64,000 nucleotides of DNA from Thermodesulfobacteriota bacterium (GTDB lineage Bacteria; Desulfobacterota_D; UBA1144; Nemesobacterales; JAJCZQ01). The position numbers and the translations under genes are program-made. Shown in pieces: positions 10,049-18,604 of this stretch. The DNA is taken from contig CBDBDR010000017.1 in the NCBI GenBank assembly GCA_965203965.1, forward strand, positions 480,001-544,000. Reading direction: 5' to 3'. The notes under the pieces were generated by a model, which had not been told where the DNA came from, did not search any database, and worked only from the letters and a program-made list of their open reading frames with translations. Every line of letters begins with the position of its first letter. Within the stretch, counting starts at the first letter, position 1.

Positions 10049-11191
10049 TTACACAGACAACTGACTTTCATACAGATATTGCTCAACAATACTTCTCCAA
10101 AGCCTTTCATTATTACTGGCATTCACCTTATACTCCGACAAATCCTTTAGGAATAATCTCGGGTTGTTTTTCCAATTAATAATTTTTTCTACATGCTTTG
10201 TAAAAGTTCTAAACGCCGATGCTTGCGGCTGTTTTTCGTCTATCTTAGTATCAATTTTCTGATCTATATTTATCTTTGCTCTAAGTCCAACATAAGCTAT
10301 TGTTACTTTAACACTATCAGGGGAAATGCCATTTATCCTACAGAACACTCTTTTATACACTTCAAGCTGTCGGCGATGAATTGAAGATCTTTCCATATCC
10401 TTATCGGTTTTCCAATCTACAATAAGATATTTTTTTGGAGAACCTGCATTTTTGAAAACTGCGTCAATTTTTCCTCTGAATTTCAAATCGCTAGGAATAT
10501 CGGCAATGGTTGAAAAAGGAATTTCAAAAAATTTTTCCACCTGCTCAACTTCAGAATACTCGCTCTTGATTTCGCCTACTAGCTTTTCAACGTTCTCCAC
10601 GTATGGAACAAATTGCTCTTCAACCCTGTGATCTTTACCCTCTATGAAATTCTCTGCGGCGGCGTGAACTTCTTTACCAAGCTCCAGAGCTGGTGAATAC
10701 TCCCTTATTTTCAGAATGTTATTTACCATGTATTGATATGGGTTCATTCCCACGGATGAAAAGGAACCGCTGTTCAATTTGCTGAAATAGCCACAAATAA
10801 AATCAATTAACCAGACGTTATTGTTCTCCAGTATTGCTTTTGCTTCATCATATTTCTTGTTGACAAATAGCTTGTAGGCTTCTTTTTTGTAGTGAGTAAG
10901 GTCGGAGATTTTGGTTTCAGCAGCTTTATTACTTTGATAACTGTGACGCTTTTTACTCAAGGATATGGGATGATAAATACGTGAAAGATAGCTTGAACGA
11001 TATCTTCTGCGTCTTGAAGAATATGAATGACTTTTACGAGTGGGATGCCTTGAACTGCGCTTGCGTTTTGGTTTTGAGATATATGAATAATTTTCTCTGT
11101 ATGGGGGATACATAAATATTTTGTATTTCGGAAAATACGGTATTCCATACATGTCCCTCAATGTACCCCTCCATATTGTATACATGCCCAT
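10049..11191 (-). CDS. PD-(D/E)XK (AddA/RecB-like) nuclease with an Arg/Ser/Tyr-rich N-terminal extension
   Basis: LG.EVH, E..FE, FRGKIDAVF, LIVDWKT, QLEVY motifs; GAGGGTG RBS upstream of ATG. Confidence 0.8.
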   Translation of the reverse strand: MGMYTIWRGTLRDMYGIPYFPKYKIFMYPPYRENYSYISKPKRKRSSRHPTRKSHSYSSRRRRYRSSYLSRIYHPISLSKKRHSYQSNKAAETKISDLTHYKKEAYKLFVNKKYDEAKAILENNNVWLIDFICGYFSKLNSGSFSSVGMNPYQYMVNNILKIREYSPALELGKEVHAAAENFIEGKDHRVEEQFVPYVENVEKLVGEIKSEYSEVEQVEKFFEIPFSTIADIPSDLKFRGKIDAVFKNAGSPKKYLIVDWKTDKDMERSSIHRRQLEVYKRVFCRINGISPDSVKVTIAYVGLRAKINIDQKIDTKIDEKQPQASAFRTFTKHVEKIINWKNNPRLFLKDLSEYKVNASNNERLWRSIVEQYLYESQLSV

Positions 11192-11269
11192 TTTAGTTTA
11201 CACCCTCTATCTTGTTTATTTTAATTCTACTACATCCGTAGAGATAATAAGAACAAACCAGGGAGATAC

Positions 11270-13096
11270 CTAATAATTTTTGTATGCTGAACCGTCATGG
11301 GTAATGATGAACAGCTTTTCTCTGGCACGTGTAAAAGCAACAAAATTTATCCTGAAAAATTCTTCTTCAAGCTCTTCTTCAGTGTTAATACCTTTGGAGG
11401 ATAGTATTGATTTAACCACGTCATCAATAAAGTTCTTTTGATCTTTTGGAACAGATGGAACATATATAACGTTGTCAAACTCTCTTCCCTTTGCCTTATG
11501 TATCGTCGTCAAAATTATCGGCTTTTCATCTTCCACGTCTTCAGTTGTCAGGTTACACGAACCGAGGTATGCAAATATATTATTCAACGTCCCGTTTTCC
11601 AGTAAAAGCAAGTTCAATGTTTTGTTTCCCAATAACTCCCATGATTCAATCAATGCCTCCCTCATCTTTTCCGCTACAAAGTAGTATTGTTTACCATAAG
11701 GGATTGAGATCGGTATAATAATATTCTCAAAAAGCTCTATCAGATCATACTTGTTCCTTGTTCCATCTCTGAGGTTTTTAAATTCTTTTAAATCTGAAAG
11801 TAAATTATCAAGGGTATCATAATTTCTATCTGCAAACTCAAAGGCATCTTGAATTGAGATGGGGAAATACGGTGTGAACATGGCATTTTTAACATCGGAT
11901 ACCTCTTTGCTTAATATGCCTTTCAAAAAATTTATAATGTCTTTTCTTGCATCTTCAGATCCACTGAAAAGCGTGATTGAAAAATCAATCCCGAACTTGT
12001 CCAACTGTTTTCCGAGCTCATCTATCTGGTGGTTCGTTCTTAAAATTACCGCGGTAGTTTTTTTATCATCAGCTATTTGAGCAAGTAGATGAATGGCTTC
12101 TTTTAACGTATTTTCCTTTTTAACTTCTATAACGGTCGGATCATCTCCATTAAGTCCCATAGGGTTTAAGAGGTCTTCAAGCTCGTTTTGATGAGAGTCG
12201 TTTTTGGTTTTAGATATAAAATACTCCCTGGCAAATTTCAGTATTTGATTGGTGCTCCTGAAGTTTTCAGATAGAACAAAGTGAGAAGAGTCTTTAAAAA
12301 GTTCAAAATTACTTATTGATCCACCTTGAAAGCCGAAAATTGCCTGTTTTTTATCGCCGACCGCTATAAAATTATCCCCTGATCCTAATGCTATATCCGC
12401 CTCCATTTTGTTCACGTCCTGAAGTTCATCAACAAGCACGTAATCAAATCGTGGTTTTTTATCCAGTTTTAAAAATTCTATGAGTAGGTCGGCATAATCA
12501 TAACCTTCAGATCGTTTTTTATCCTCTTCATAGTGCTTGTATATTTTTATAAATTCTTCAAGAAAATTCTCAAGTTCGTCACGAGTAACTTTCTCATTTT
12601 TTGGTAGCAATTCCCTTGATCTACTTTTATCAATTTGTTCAGGCAAAATGCCAAAACTCTTTAAATACCTGATCAGGTTTTCTATCTTGGGAACGAGTGT
12701 CTGCAGAATATAGGGATCTGCATAATTAAAGATATTTTTTTTCTTTACATAAGTGTAAATTGAGAATCTGAGAAGATTGGAGGAGATTATCTCCCTGCTG
12801 TTAAGGTTGCCGAGTGCATAAGAATGAAACGTATTGACGTTCAGTTTTAATACATCCAGATCAATTCCAACTTCTTTACTGATATTTAATATCCTTTCTC
12901 TCATCTCCGTCTTTGCCTTTTCCGTGTATGTAAGACAAAGGACGTTTTCAGGTTTTACTCCCTTATTTATCAATGAAATGTATTTACAAGCGAGTAAAAA
13001 GGTTTTACCCGTTCCTGGGTTGGCAGTTACCAGAATATTTCCGCTGGTGTTAATTATTTGCCTTTTTTCAAGATTTACGTCTAATTTCAGGTTCAT
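11270..13096 (-). CDS. UvrD/REP (SF1) ATP-dependent DNA helicase
   Basis: ANPGTGKT, LTYT, TFHS, VDELQD, VGDKKQAIFGFQG, LSENFRS, TIHKAKGREFD, FVAFTRAREKL. Confidence 0.93.
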   Translation of the reverse strand: MNLKLDVNLEKRQIINTSGNILVTANPGTGKTFLLACKYISLINKGVKPENVLCLTYTEKAKTEMRERILNISKEVGIDLDVLKLNVNTFHSYALGNLNSREIISSNLLRFSIYTYVKKKNIFNYADPYILQTLVPKIENLIRYLKSFGILPEQIDKSRSRELLPKNEKVTRDELENFLEEFIKIYKHYEEDKKRSEGYDYADLLIEFLKLDKKPRFDYVLVDELQDVNKMEADIALGSGDNFIAVGDKKQAIFGFQGGSISNFELFKDSSHFVLSENFRSTNQILKFAREYFISKTKNDSHQNELEDLLNPMGLNGDDPTVIEVKKENTLKEAIHLLAQIADDKKTTAVILRTNHQIDELGKQLDKFGIDFSITLFSGSEDARKDIINFLKGILSKEVSDVKNAMFTPYFPISIQDAFEFADRNYDTLDNLLSDLKEFKNLRDGTRNKYDLIELFENIIIPISIPYGKQYYFVAEKMREALIESWELLGNKTLNLLLLENGTLNNIFAYLGSCNLTTEDVEDEKPIILTTIHKAKGREFDNVIYVPSVPKDQKNFIDDVVKSILSSKGINTEEELEEEFFRINFVAFTRAREKLFIITHDGSAYKNY

Positions 13097-13134
13097 TATA
13101 AGATTGCAAATTAATCCAGTAAAATAGTCAACTA

Positions 13135-13884
13135 ATGAAAAAGCAAATTCTATTAATCCATATCTTATTCTTACTGATCATTTATGAAAACCTTGCTTTT
13201 GCCAGAGATGATTTTGACCACAAATATACTAAATATACCGAACTATTAAACAAGAATGTAGATAATGAAGAGGTGGATTATAAGGGAATAAAGCAAAAAT
13301 TCAGGGATCTGAATACGATTGTTGCAGGATTTTACGGAATAACCAGAGATGTTTACAGTTCATGGAGCAACTCGCAAAAACTTGCTTTTTTAATAAACAC
13401 CTACAACGCCGCAACTTTGAAGCTAGTCGTGGAAAACTATCCGTTAAAAAGCATCAAGGATATTGAGAAACCGTGGGACGTGGAGATAGTAGATATTTTT
13501 GACAAAAAAATTTCTTTGAACCAACTTGAGCATGATCTAATAAGAAAAGAGTTTAATGAGCCGCGCATCCATTTTGCGTTAGTATGTGCAGCAAGAGGCT
13601 GTCCCAAACTGGGAAAAGAGGCTTACATGGGCAGCAAGATCAATTTGCAGCTTGAAAGTGCAACAAAAAAATTCCTGCTTACAAAAAAGAAGAACAGTCT
13701 TGATGACAAAAACAAAATAATTATGCTCTCACCGATATTTGACTGGTATAAAAACGATTTTAACAACAAATATGGTTCAGTAGTTGATTTTATTGCTCCT
13801 TATTACTCCAGAAAACCCGGAGATATTAAGAACTACCAAATTCAATACACTTATTATGACTGGTCTTTAAATGAAAGACTGTGA
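13135..13884 (+). CDS. DUF547 domain exported protein
   Basis: Signal peptide; LAFLINTYNA, EPRIHFALVCAARGCP, LSPIFDWY..DF, YDWSLNE. Confidence 0.88.
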   Translation: MKKQILLIHILFLLIIYENLAFARDDFDHKYTKYTELLNKNVDNEEVDYKGIKQKFRDLNTIVAGFYGITRDVYSSWSNSQKLAFLINTYNAATLKLVVENYPLKSIKDIEKPWDVEIVDIFDKKISLNQLEHDLIRKEFNEPRIHFALVCAARGCPKLGKEAYMGSKINLQLESATKKFLLTKKKNSLDDKNKIIMLSPIFDWYKNDFNNKYGSVVDFIAPYYSRKPGDIKNYQIQYTYYDWSLNERL

Positions 13885-13919
13885 GTTAATAACGTCTTGC
13901 ATAGTTCTTCAAGGTTGAT

Positions 13920-14612
13920 ATGAATAAAATTGACGTGATCATTCCAGCGTTTAACGAGCAAAAATCCATTGGACTTGTGCTTGATGACATTTCAACCGAC
14001 CTTGTCAACGAAATTATAGTCGTTGATAACGGCTCCACTGATAAAACTTCTGAAATTGCTTCTACAAGAGGTGCGAAGGTGCTTTTTAAGCCTGAAAGAG
14101 GATACGGAAGTGCATGTCTCAAGGGGGTTGAATACCTGAAGTCGAAAAGCATTTCCGACCAGCCAGATGTTGTTGTGTTTTTGGATGCTGATTACTCCGA
14201 CTATCCGAAAGAGATGCCTTTTTTAGTAAAACCTATAGTTAATGATAATTATGATCTGGTAATCGGGTCAAGAATTACAGGAAACAGGGAGAAATTCTCA
14301 ATGCTTCCGCAGGCTATTGTGGGCAATTTCATTGCAACCTTCCTTATCAAGCTGTTTTACTCCGTTGAGTTTAGCGACCTTGGACCATTTAGAGCAATTA
14401 AATACCACAAATTGCTTGAGCTTGAAATGAAGGACACAACCTTTGGTTGGACCGTTGAGATGCAGGTTAAAGCTGCAAAAAAAGGCTTCAAATGCCTTGA
14501 AGTTCCCGTGAGTTACAGGAAACGGATAGGGGTTTCTAAAATTAGTGGTACCGTGTCTGGAACTGTAAAAGCCGGCTATAAAATTATATGGACTATTATT
14601 AAACATCTGTGA
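13920..14612 (+). CDS. Glycosyltransferase family 2 (DPM1-like)
   Basis: VIIPAFNE, VVDNGSTD, GYGSA, FLDAD, DLGPFRAI. Confidence 0.93.
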   Translation: MNKIDVIIPAFNEQKSIGLVLDDISTDLVNEIIVVDNGSTDKTSEIASTRGAKVLFKPERGYGSACLKGVEYLKSKSISDQPDVVVFLDADYSDYPKEMPFLVKPIVNDNYDLVIGSRITGNREKFSMLPQAIVGNFIATFLIKLFYSVEFSDLGPFRAIKYHKLLELEMKDTTFGWTVEMQVKAAKKGFKCLEVPVSYRKRIGVSKISGTVSGTVKAGYKIIWTIIKHL

Positions 14613-14626
14613 TACTTGATATCAGC

Positions 14627-15196
14627 ATGTTGAACAAAGCCGTATTTTTTGACAGAGACAAAACCATAACAATGCCTAATGCTGACAACTACATTTATAG
14701 AGTGGGTGATTTTTACATTCCAGAGAAATTTACTACGGCACTCAAAAATCTGTATGACCATGGGTTCAAACTCTTCCTTGTTACCAATCAGGGTAGGGTG
14801 GCAAGGGGTTGCATGACCGAGGATGATGTAAGAGGGGTTCATCAACATATGGAAAAGCACTTTAAAGATCACGGTTTTTGCTTTGAAGATTTCGCATACT
14901 GTCCACATAATCCAATGGGTAACATTTATCCATACAATGTTGTGTGTTCATGTAGAAAACCTAAAGACGGTATGATAAAAAAACTAGCAGACAAATACAA
15001 AGTGGATAGATCAAAGTCATGGATGGTAGGAGATAGTGAGCGAGATATTACAGCGGGCAGCATGTCAGGACTCAGAACAATACTGGTTAGAACTGGTTTT
15101 GCACAAAGCTCGGAAAGAGCTGATTTTGTGGCTGATGATCTTGCAGATGCGGTGAAAAAAATAATGGATTCAATTACGCAATCAGCCATAGAGTAA
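14627..15196 (+). CDS. gmhB: D,D-heptose-1,7-bisphosphate phosphatase-like HAD enzyme
   Basis: FFDRD.TI, VTNQ, CPH...CSCRKP zinc motif, MVGDS.RD; ATG at 14627 (alternative GTG at 14609). Confidence 0.82.
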   Translation: MLNKAVFFDRDKTITMPNADNYIYRVGDFYIPEKFTTALKNLYDHGFKLFLVTNQGRVARGCMTEDDVRGVHQHMEKHFKDHGFCFEDFAYCPHNPMGNIYPYNVVCSCRKPKDGMIKKLADKYKVDRSKSWMVGDSERDITAGSMSGLRTILVRTGFAQSSERADFVADDLADAVKKIMDSITQSAIE

Positions 15197-15282
15197 GAAG
15201 TAACCTGTTCATTAACAAAAGACCTGTTTCATTTTAGAACATAGAGCAGCAAATGAGAACAACCTGATGAGCGAGATAGTTA

Positions 15283-15356
15283 CGTCCCCGAGAGGATTCG
15301 AACCTCCGACCCCAAGATTAGGAATCTTGTGCTCTATCCTGCTGAGCTACGGGGAC
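15283..15356 (-). tRNA. tRNA-Arg(CCT)
   Basis: Minus strand GTCCCCGTAGCTCAGCAGGATAGAGCA-CAAGA-TTCCTAA-TCTTG-GGGTC-GGAGGTTCGAATCCTCT-CGGGGACG; CCA not encoded. Confidence 0.96.
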
Positions 15357-15435
15357 ATCCGACAATGAAAAACATTTTAGCGGATTATACATGAATTTTA
15401 AAATGACTGATCAAGTGGTTACAATTTGTTACAAA

Positions 15436-15518
15436 GCCGAAGTGGTGGAATTGGTAGACACGCTATCTTGAGGGGGTAGTGCCCGTAGGGCGTGGGAGTT
15501 CGAGTCTCCCCTTCGGCA
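15436..15518 (+). tRNA. tRNA-Leu(GAG)
   Basis: GCCGAAGTGGTGGAATTGGTAGACACG-CTATC-TTGAGGG-GGTAG, long variable arm, GGGAGTTCGAGTCTCCC, CTTCGGCA; CCA not encoded. Confidence 0.96.
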
Positions 15519-15582
15519 TTATCCTTGTGTTAGTGGTAACGCCCGGAACTAATAATTCTTCTTAAATTCTATTAAGACTAAT

Positions 15583-16239
15583 TTAGAATTTTTGGATATC
15601 TATAGGGACATTTGGAGAGAATACACTTTCTAAAAGCACGTTTTTATATATCTCGCGTGCTTTTTTATCTTGTCCGAGCTTTTCATAGCTCAAAGCAAGA
15701 TTGAGCTTACCTTGATGCCTGTAAAGACTGCTTGAATCATCTATTTTTGAGAGAAATTTAACCGCATCCTCCCATTTCTGTATATTATAATAAGCAAGTC
15801 CGACTGTGAGATTGGCACTGTCTTCAAGTATCCGTGTGTTAGGAGAACTGCTCAGGTATCTCAACATATCATGGATACTTTTTTCATACTGCTCCGATTC
15901 GTAGTGTATTGTCCCAGAATAATACATGGCGAGCTTGGCAGCCTGCTGGTTTGGGTATTCTGATATTATATTTGAAAAACTCCCCAATGCTTCTTTAGCA
16001 TTGCCATTATTGTAAAACTCAAGTGCTTTTCCAAGTTCAACTCCAGCTTTTTCACTAAGATTGTCTTGATAAGAGGTAAATGTAAGAACAACAAGCAAAA
16101 CTACCACAGCGATAGAGAAAATATATAGTATTTTGCTAAAATTTTCTTCAGCCTTATTCACGACTTTAATAATAAAAGCCCTGAATTTATCCGGCTGCTT
16201 CAACTCTTTTTGGGTATATTGTATCTTTTGTGATGACAT
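15583..16239 (-). CDS. Membrane-anchored TPR protein (YfgM-like)
   Basis: KELKQPD.F N-terminus, one TM segment, TPR-like helices (A..Y.G..Y, LGLAY, LALSYE.LG). Confidence 0.75.
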   Translation of the reverse strand: MSSQKIQYTQKELKQPDKFRAFIIKVVNKAEENFSKILYIFSIAVVVLLVVLTFTSYQDNLSEKAGVELGKALEFYNNGNAKEALGSFSNIISEYPNQQAAKLAMYYSGTIHYESEQYEKSIHDMLRYLSSSPNTRILEDSANLTVGLAYYNIQKWEDAVKFLSKIDDSSSLYRHQGKLNLALSYEKLGQDKKAREIYKNVLLESVFSPNVPIDIQKF

Positions 16240-16375
16240 TGTGGAAAAACTATAAATAAGCAGACAAGTTATTCAAGAGATTAAGCAGTGAATCGTGAAT
16301 GAAAAATCTCAACAACCCATATTGATCTAACTACTTGAGTAGAGTTACTGAAACATATAAGGTATAGTTTACTAA

Positions 16376-17755
16376 GTGATGTATCCAAGCATAGTGAGTT
16401 TTTTGACCTTGATTCTTATTTTTTTTTATGGAATTTCACAAGCGCAGGATGTATCCATTCCAGAGAAAAGTGTTGTCGGAAAAGTCATAACCGTTGAGAT
16501 AAACGGCACCATAAACCCTTCCACGACAGACTACATAAGAGCAGGTATTCATAAAGCCAAAGAAAGCGGATCTGAGGCGCTGCTCATCCTGCTTGATACT
16601 CCCGGTGGTCTGCTTAATTCAACAAAGGATATAGTTAAATTACTGCTTAATTCAGACGTTCCGGTCATTGTATATGTTTATCCAAAAGGCGCTACAGCCA
16701 CGTCTGCAGGCGTTTTTATCACACTGGCAGGTAACATTGCAGCCATGGCTCCTGGGACAAGTATCGGAGCGGCTCATCCTGTAAGTATAGGGAGAGAAAA
16801 CAATCGACCTGTGAAAAACCCTTTTGAAGAAAAAGAAAACGAGGAGAAAGACAAAGAGAATAAAACGTCCAAGGATATTATGGGTGAGAAGATAGAGAAC
16901 TTTGCAATCTCTTTTATACAGAGCATTGCCGAGGAAAGAGGAAGAAACGTTAAGTGGGCAATAGAATCTGTGAAAAACAGTGATTCCATAACTGCAAAAG
17001 AGGCATTAGAGAACAACGTAATAGATATTATATCCCCTGATATTCCTTCATTATTAAAAAGTATCAACGGGAAAAAAGTAAAAATTGGCAGTAAAGAGAT
17101 TGCACTGGTTACAAACGGTGCAAAGCAGGAAAAACTTGAAATGAGCTTGAAACAAAAAATTATCAACGTTTTGAGTACGCCAGACATAGCATTTTTACTT
17201 CTATCTCTCGGTTCTCTCGGAATAATTATTGAGTTTTACAATCCCGGCACAATACTTCCTGGTGTTGCCGGTTTGATCTCTTTGATAATCGGATTTGTTT
17301 CACTTCAAATACTACCTTTTAACTATGCGGGTTTGGCACTGCTCTTTATTGGTTTGGCGTTGTTTGCCGCTGAAGTTTACATTACTAGTTACGGACTTCT
17401 GAGCCTTGCGGGATTGGTGAGCTTTATTTTTGGAAGTTTACTGCTGTTTGATACGGATGAATCAAATCTTAGGGTTGGTATCAGTGTAATAATAGCAACG
17501 TCTTTCGCTCTGGGTCTGTTTTTATTACTCATAATTTACTCTATATCCGGAACCTTCAAACTCCGAACAATGAGCGGTTCTGAAGGGTTGCTTGATCAGC
17601 ATGGTGAAGTAGTCGACTGGGAAGGGAAAATTGGCAAAGTATTTATAAATGGTGAATACTGGAACGCACATAGCGATGACTCACTGAATAAAGGAGATAA
17701 GGTAAAAGTTGTTGAAAGTGAAGGAAACTTGGATATAAAAATATCTAAAATATAA
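16376..17755 (+). CDS. nfeD: NfeD (long form) membrane-bound ClpP-class serine protease
   Basis: LDTPGG, ATSAG, AAMAPGTSIGAAHPV, TM block, C-terminal OB domain GKVFINGEYWNA. Confidence 0.93.
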   Translation: MMYPSIVSFLTLILIFFYGISQAQDVSIPEKSVVGKVITVEINGTINPSTTDYIRAGIHKAKESGSEALLILLDTPGGLLNSTKDIVKLLLNSDVPVIVYVYPKGATATSAGVFITLAGNIAAMAPGTSIGAAHPVSIGRENNRPVKNPFEEKENEEKDKENKTSKDIMGEKIENFAISFIQSIAEERGRNVKWAIESVKNSDSITAKEALENNVIDIISPDIPSLLKSINGKKVKIGSKEIALVTNGAKQEKLEMSLKQKIINVLSTPDIAFLLLSLGSLGIIIEFYNPGTILPGVAGLISLIIGFVSLQILPFNYAGLALLFIGLALFAAEVYITSYGLLSLAGLVSFIFGSLLLFDTDESNLRVGISVIIATSFALGLFLLLIIYSISGTFKLRTMSGSEGLLDQHGEVVDWEGKIGKVFINGEYWNAHSDDSLNKGDKVKVVESEGNLDIKISKI

Positions 17756-17771
17756 AACTCGGAGGCAATAA

Positions 17772-18545
17772 ATGGGGACACCCGCAATTGTTTTTATACT
17801 GATTATTGGACTAATAGTTTTTTCGGGCATTAGAGTGCTGTATGAATATGAAAGAGGGGTTATATTCAGACTCGGAAGATTAGCCGGGACAAAGGGACCG
17901 GGATTTAAATGGATCATTCCGGGTATAGATAAGATGTTGAAGATAAGCCTACGAGTAATTACAATGGACGTGCCTCCTCAGGATGTAATTACAAAAGATA
18001 ATGTATCGGTAAAAGTAAATGCAGTTGTTTATTTCAGAGTGATGGAGCCGGAAAAAGCAGTTGTACAAGTAGAAAATTATCTTTATGCAACATCTCAATT
18101 AGCACAAACAACTCTGAGAAGCGTGTTGGGTCAGGTTGAACTTGACGAACTGTTGGCAGAGAGAGAAACACTGAACCTGAAACTTCAGGACGTTCTTGAC
18201 AAACAGACGGATGCATGGGGAATTAAGGTTACTCTTGTAGAGGTAAAATATGTTGATCTGCCTCAGGAAATGCAGAGAGCAATGGCTCGTCAGGCAGAAG
18301 CAGAGAGAGAAAGAAGAGCAAAGGTTATAGCTGCTGAGGGTGAATATCAGGCATCAACAAAGCTCTCAGAGGCTTCCAATATTTTGTCTCGGAATCCTAT
18401 GGCACTTCAACTGCGATATTTACAAACAATGATAGAAATGTCCTCGGAAAAAAGCTCAACGATCGTCCTTCCGCTTCCAATAGATCTTCTGACGCCGTTT
18501 TTGGGTCTAAATAAGAACACCGGTGAAAAAGGACAAAACAGCTAA
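17772..18545 (+). CDS. Stomatin/SPFH (slipin) protein
   Basis: [40 protein letters not shown]; usual partner of nfeD. Confidence 0.95.
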   Translation: MGTPAIVFILIIGLIVFSGIRVLYEYERGVIFRLGRLAGTKGPGFKWIIPGIDKMLKISLRVITMDVPPQDVITKDNVSVKVNAVVYFRVMEPEKAVVQVENYLYATSQLAQTTLRSVLGQVELDELLAERETLNLKLQDVLDKQTDAWGIKVTLVEVKYVDLPQEMQRAMARQAEAERERRAKVIAAEGEYQASTKLSEASNILSRNPMALQLRYLQTMIEMSSEKSSTIVLPLPIDLLTPFLGLNKNTGEKGQNS

Positions 18546-18604
18546 TCAATCCGTGTGTAAATAGGTGTTCAGCAGGCTATAAAATTTTTTGAAAGGAAAG
18601 GTGT

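Noticed and set aside
10049..10700. Nuclease as Cas4
   Set aside because: Lacks the four Fe-S cysteines, and there is no cas1/cas2 or array; the context fits an AddA/RecB-type domain
15283..15518. tRNAs as integration sites for an island or prophage
   Set aside because: No integrase and no duplicated tRNA 3' end noticed in the window
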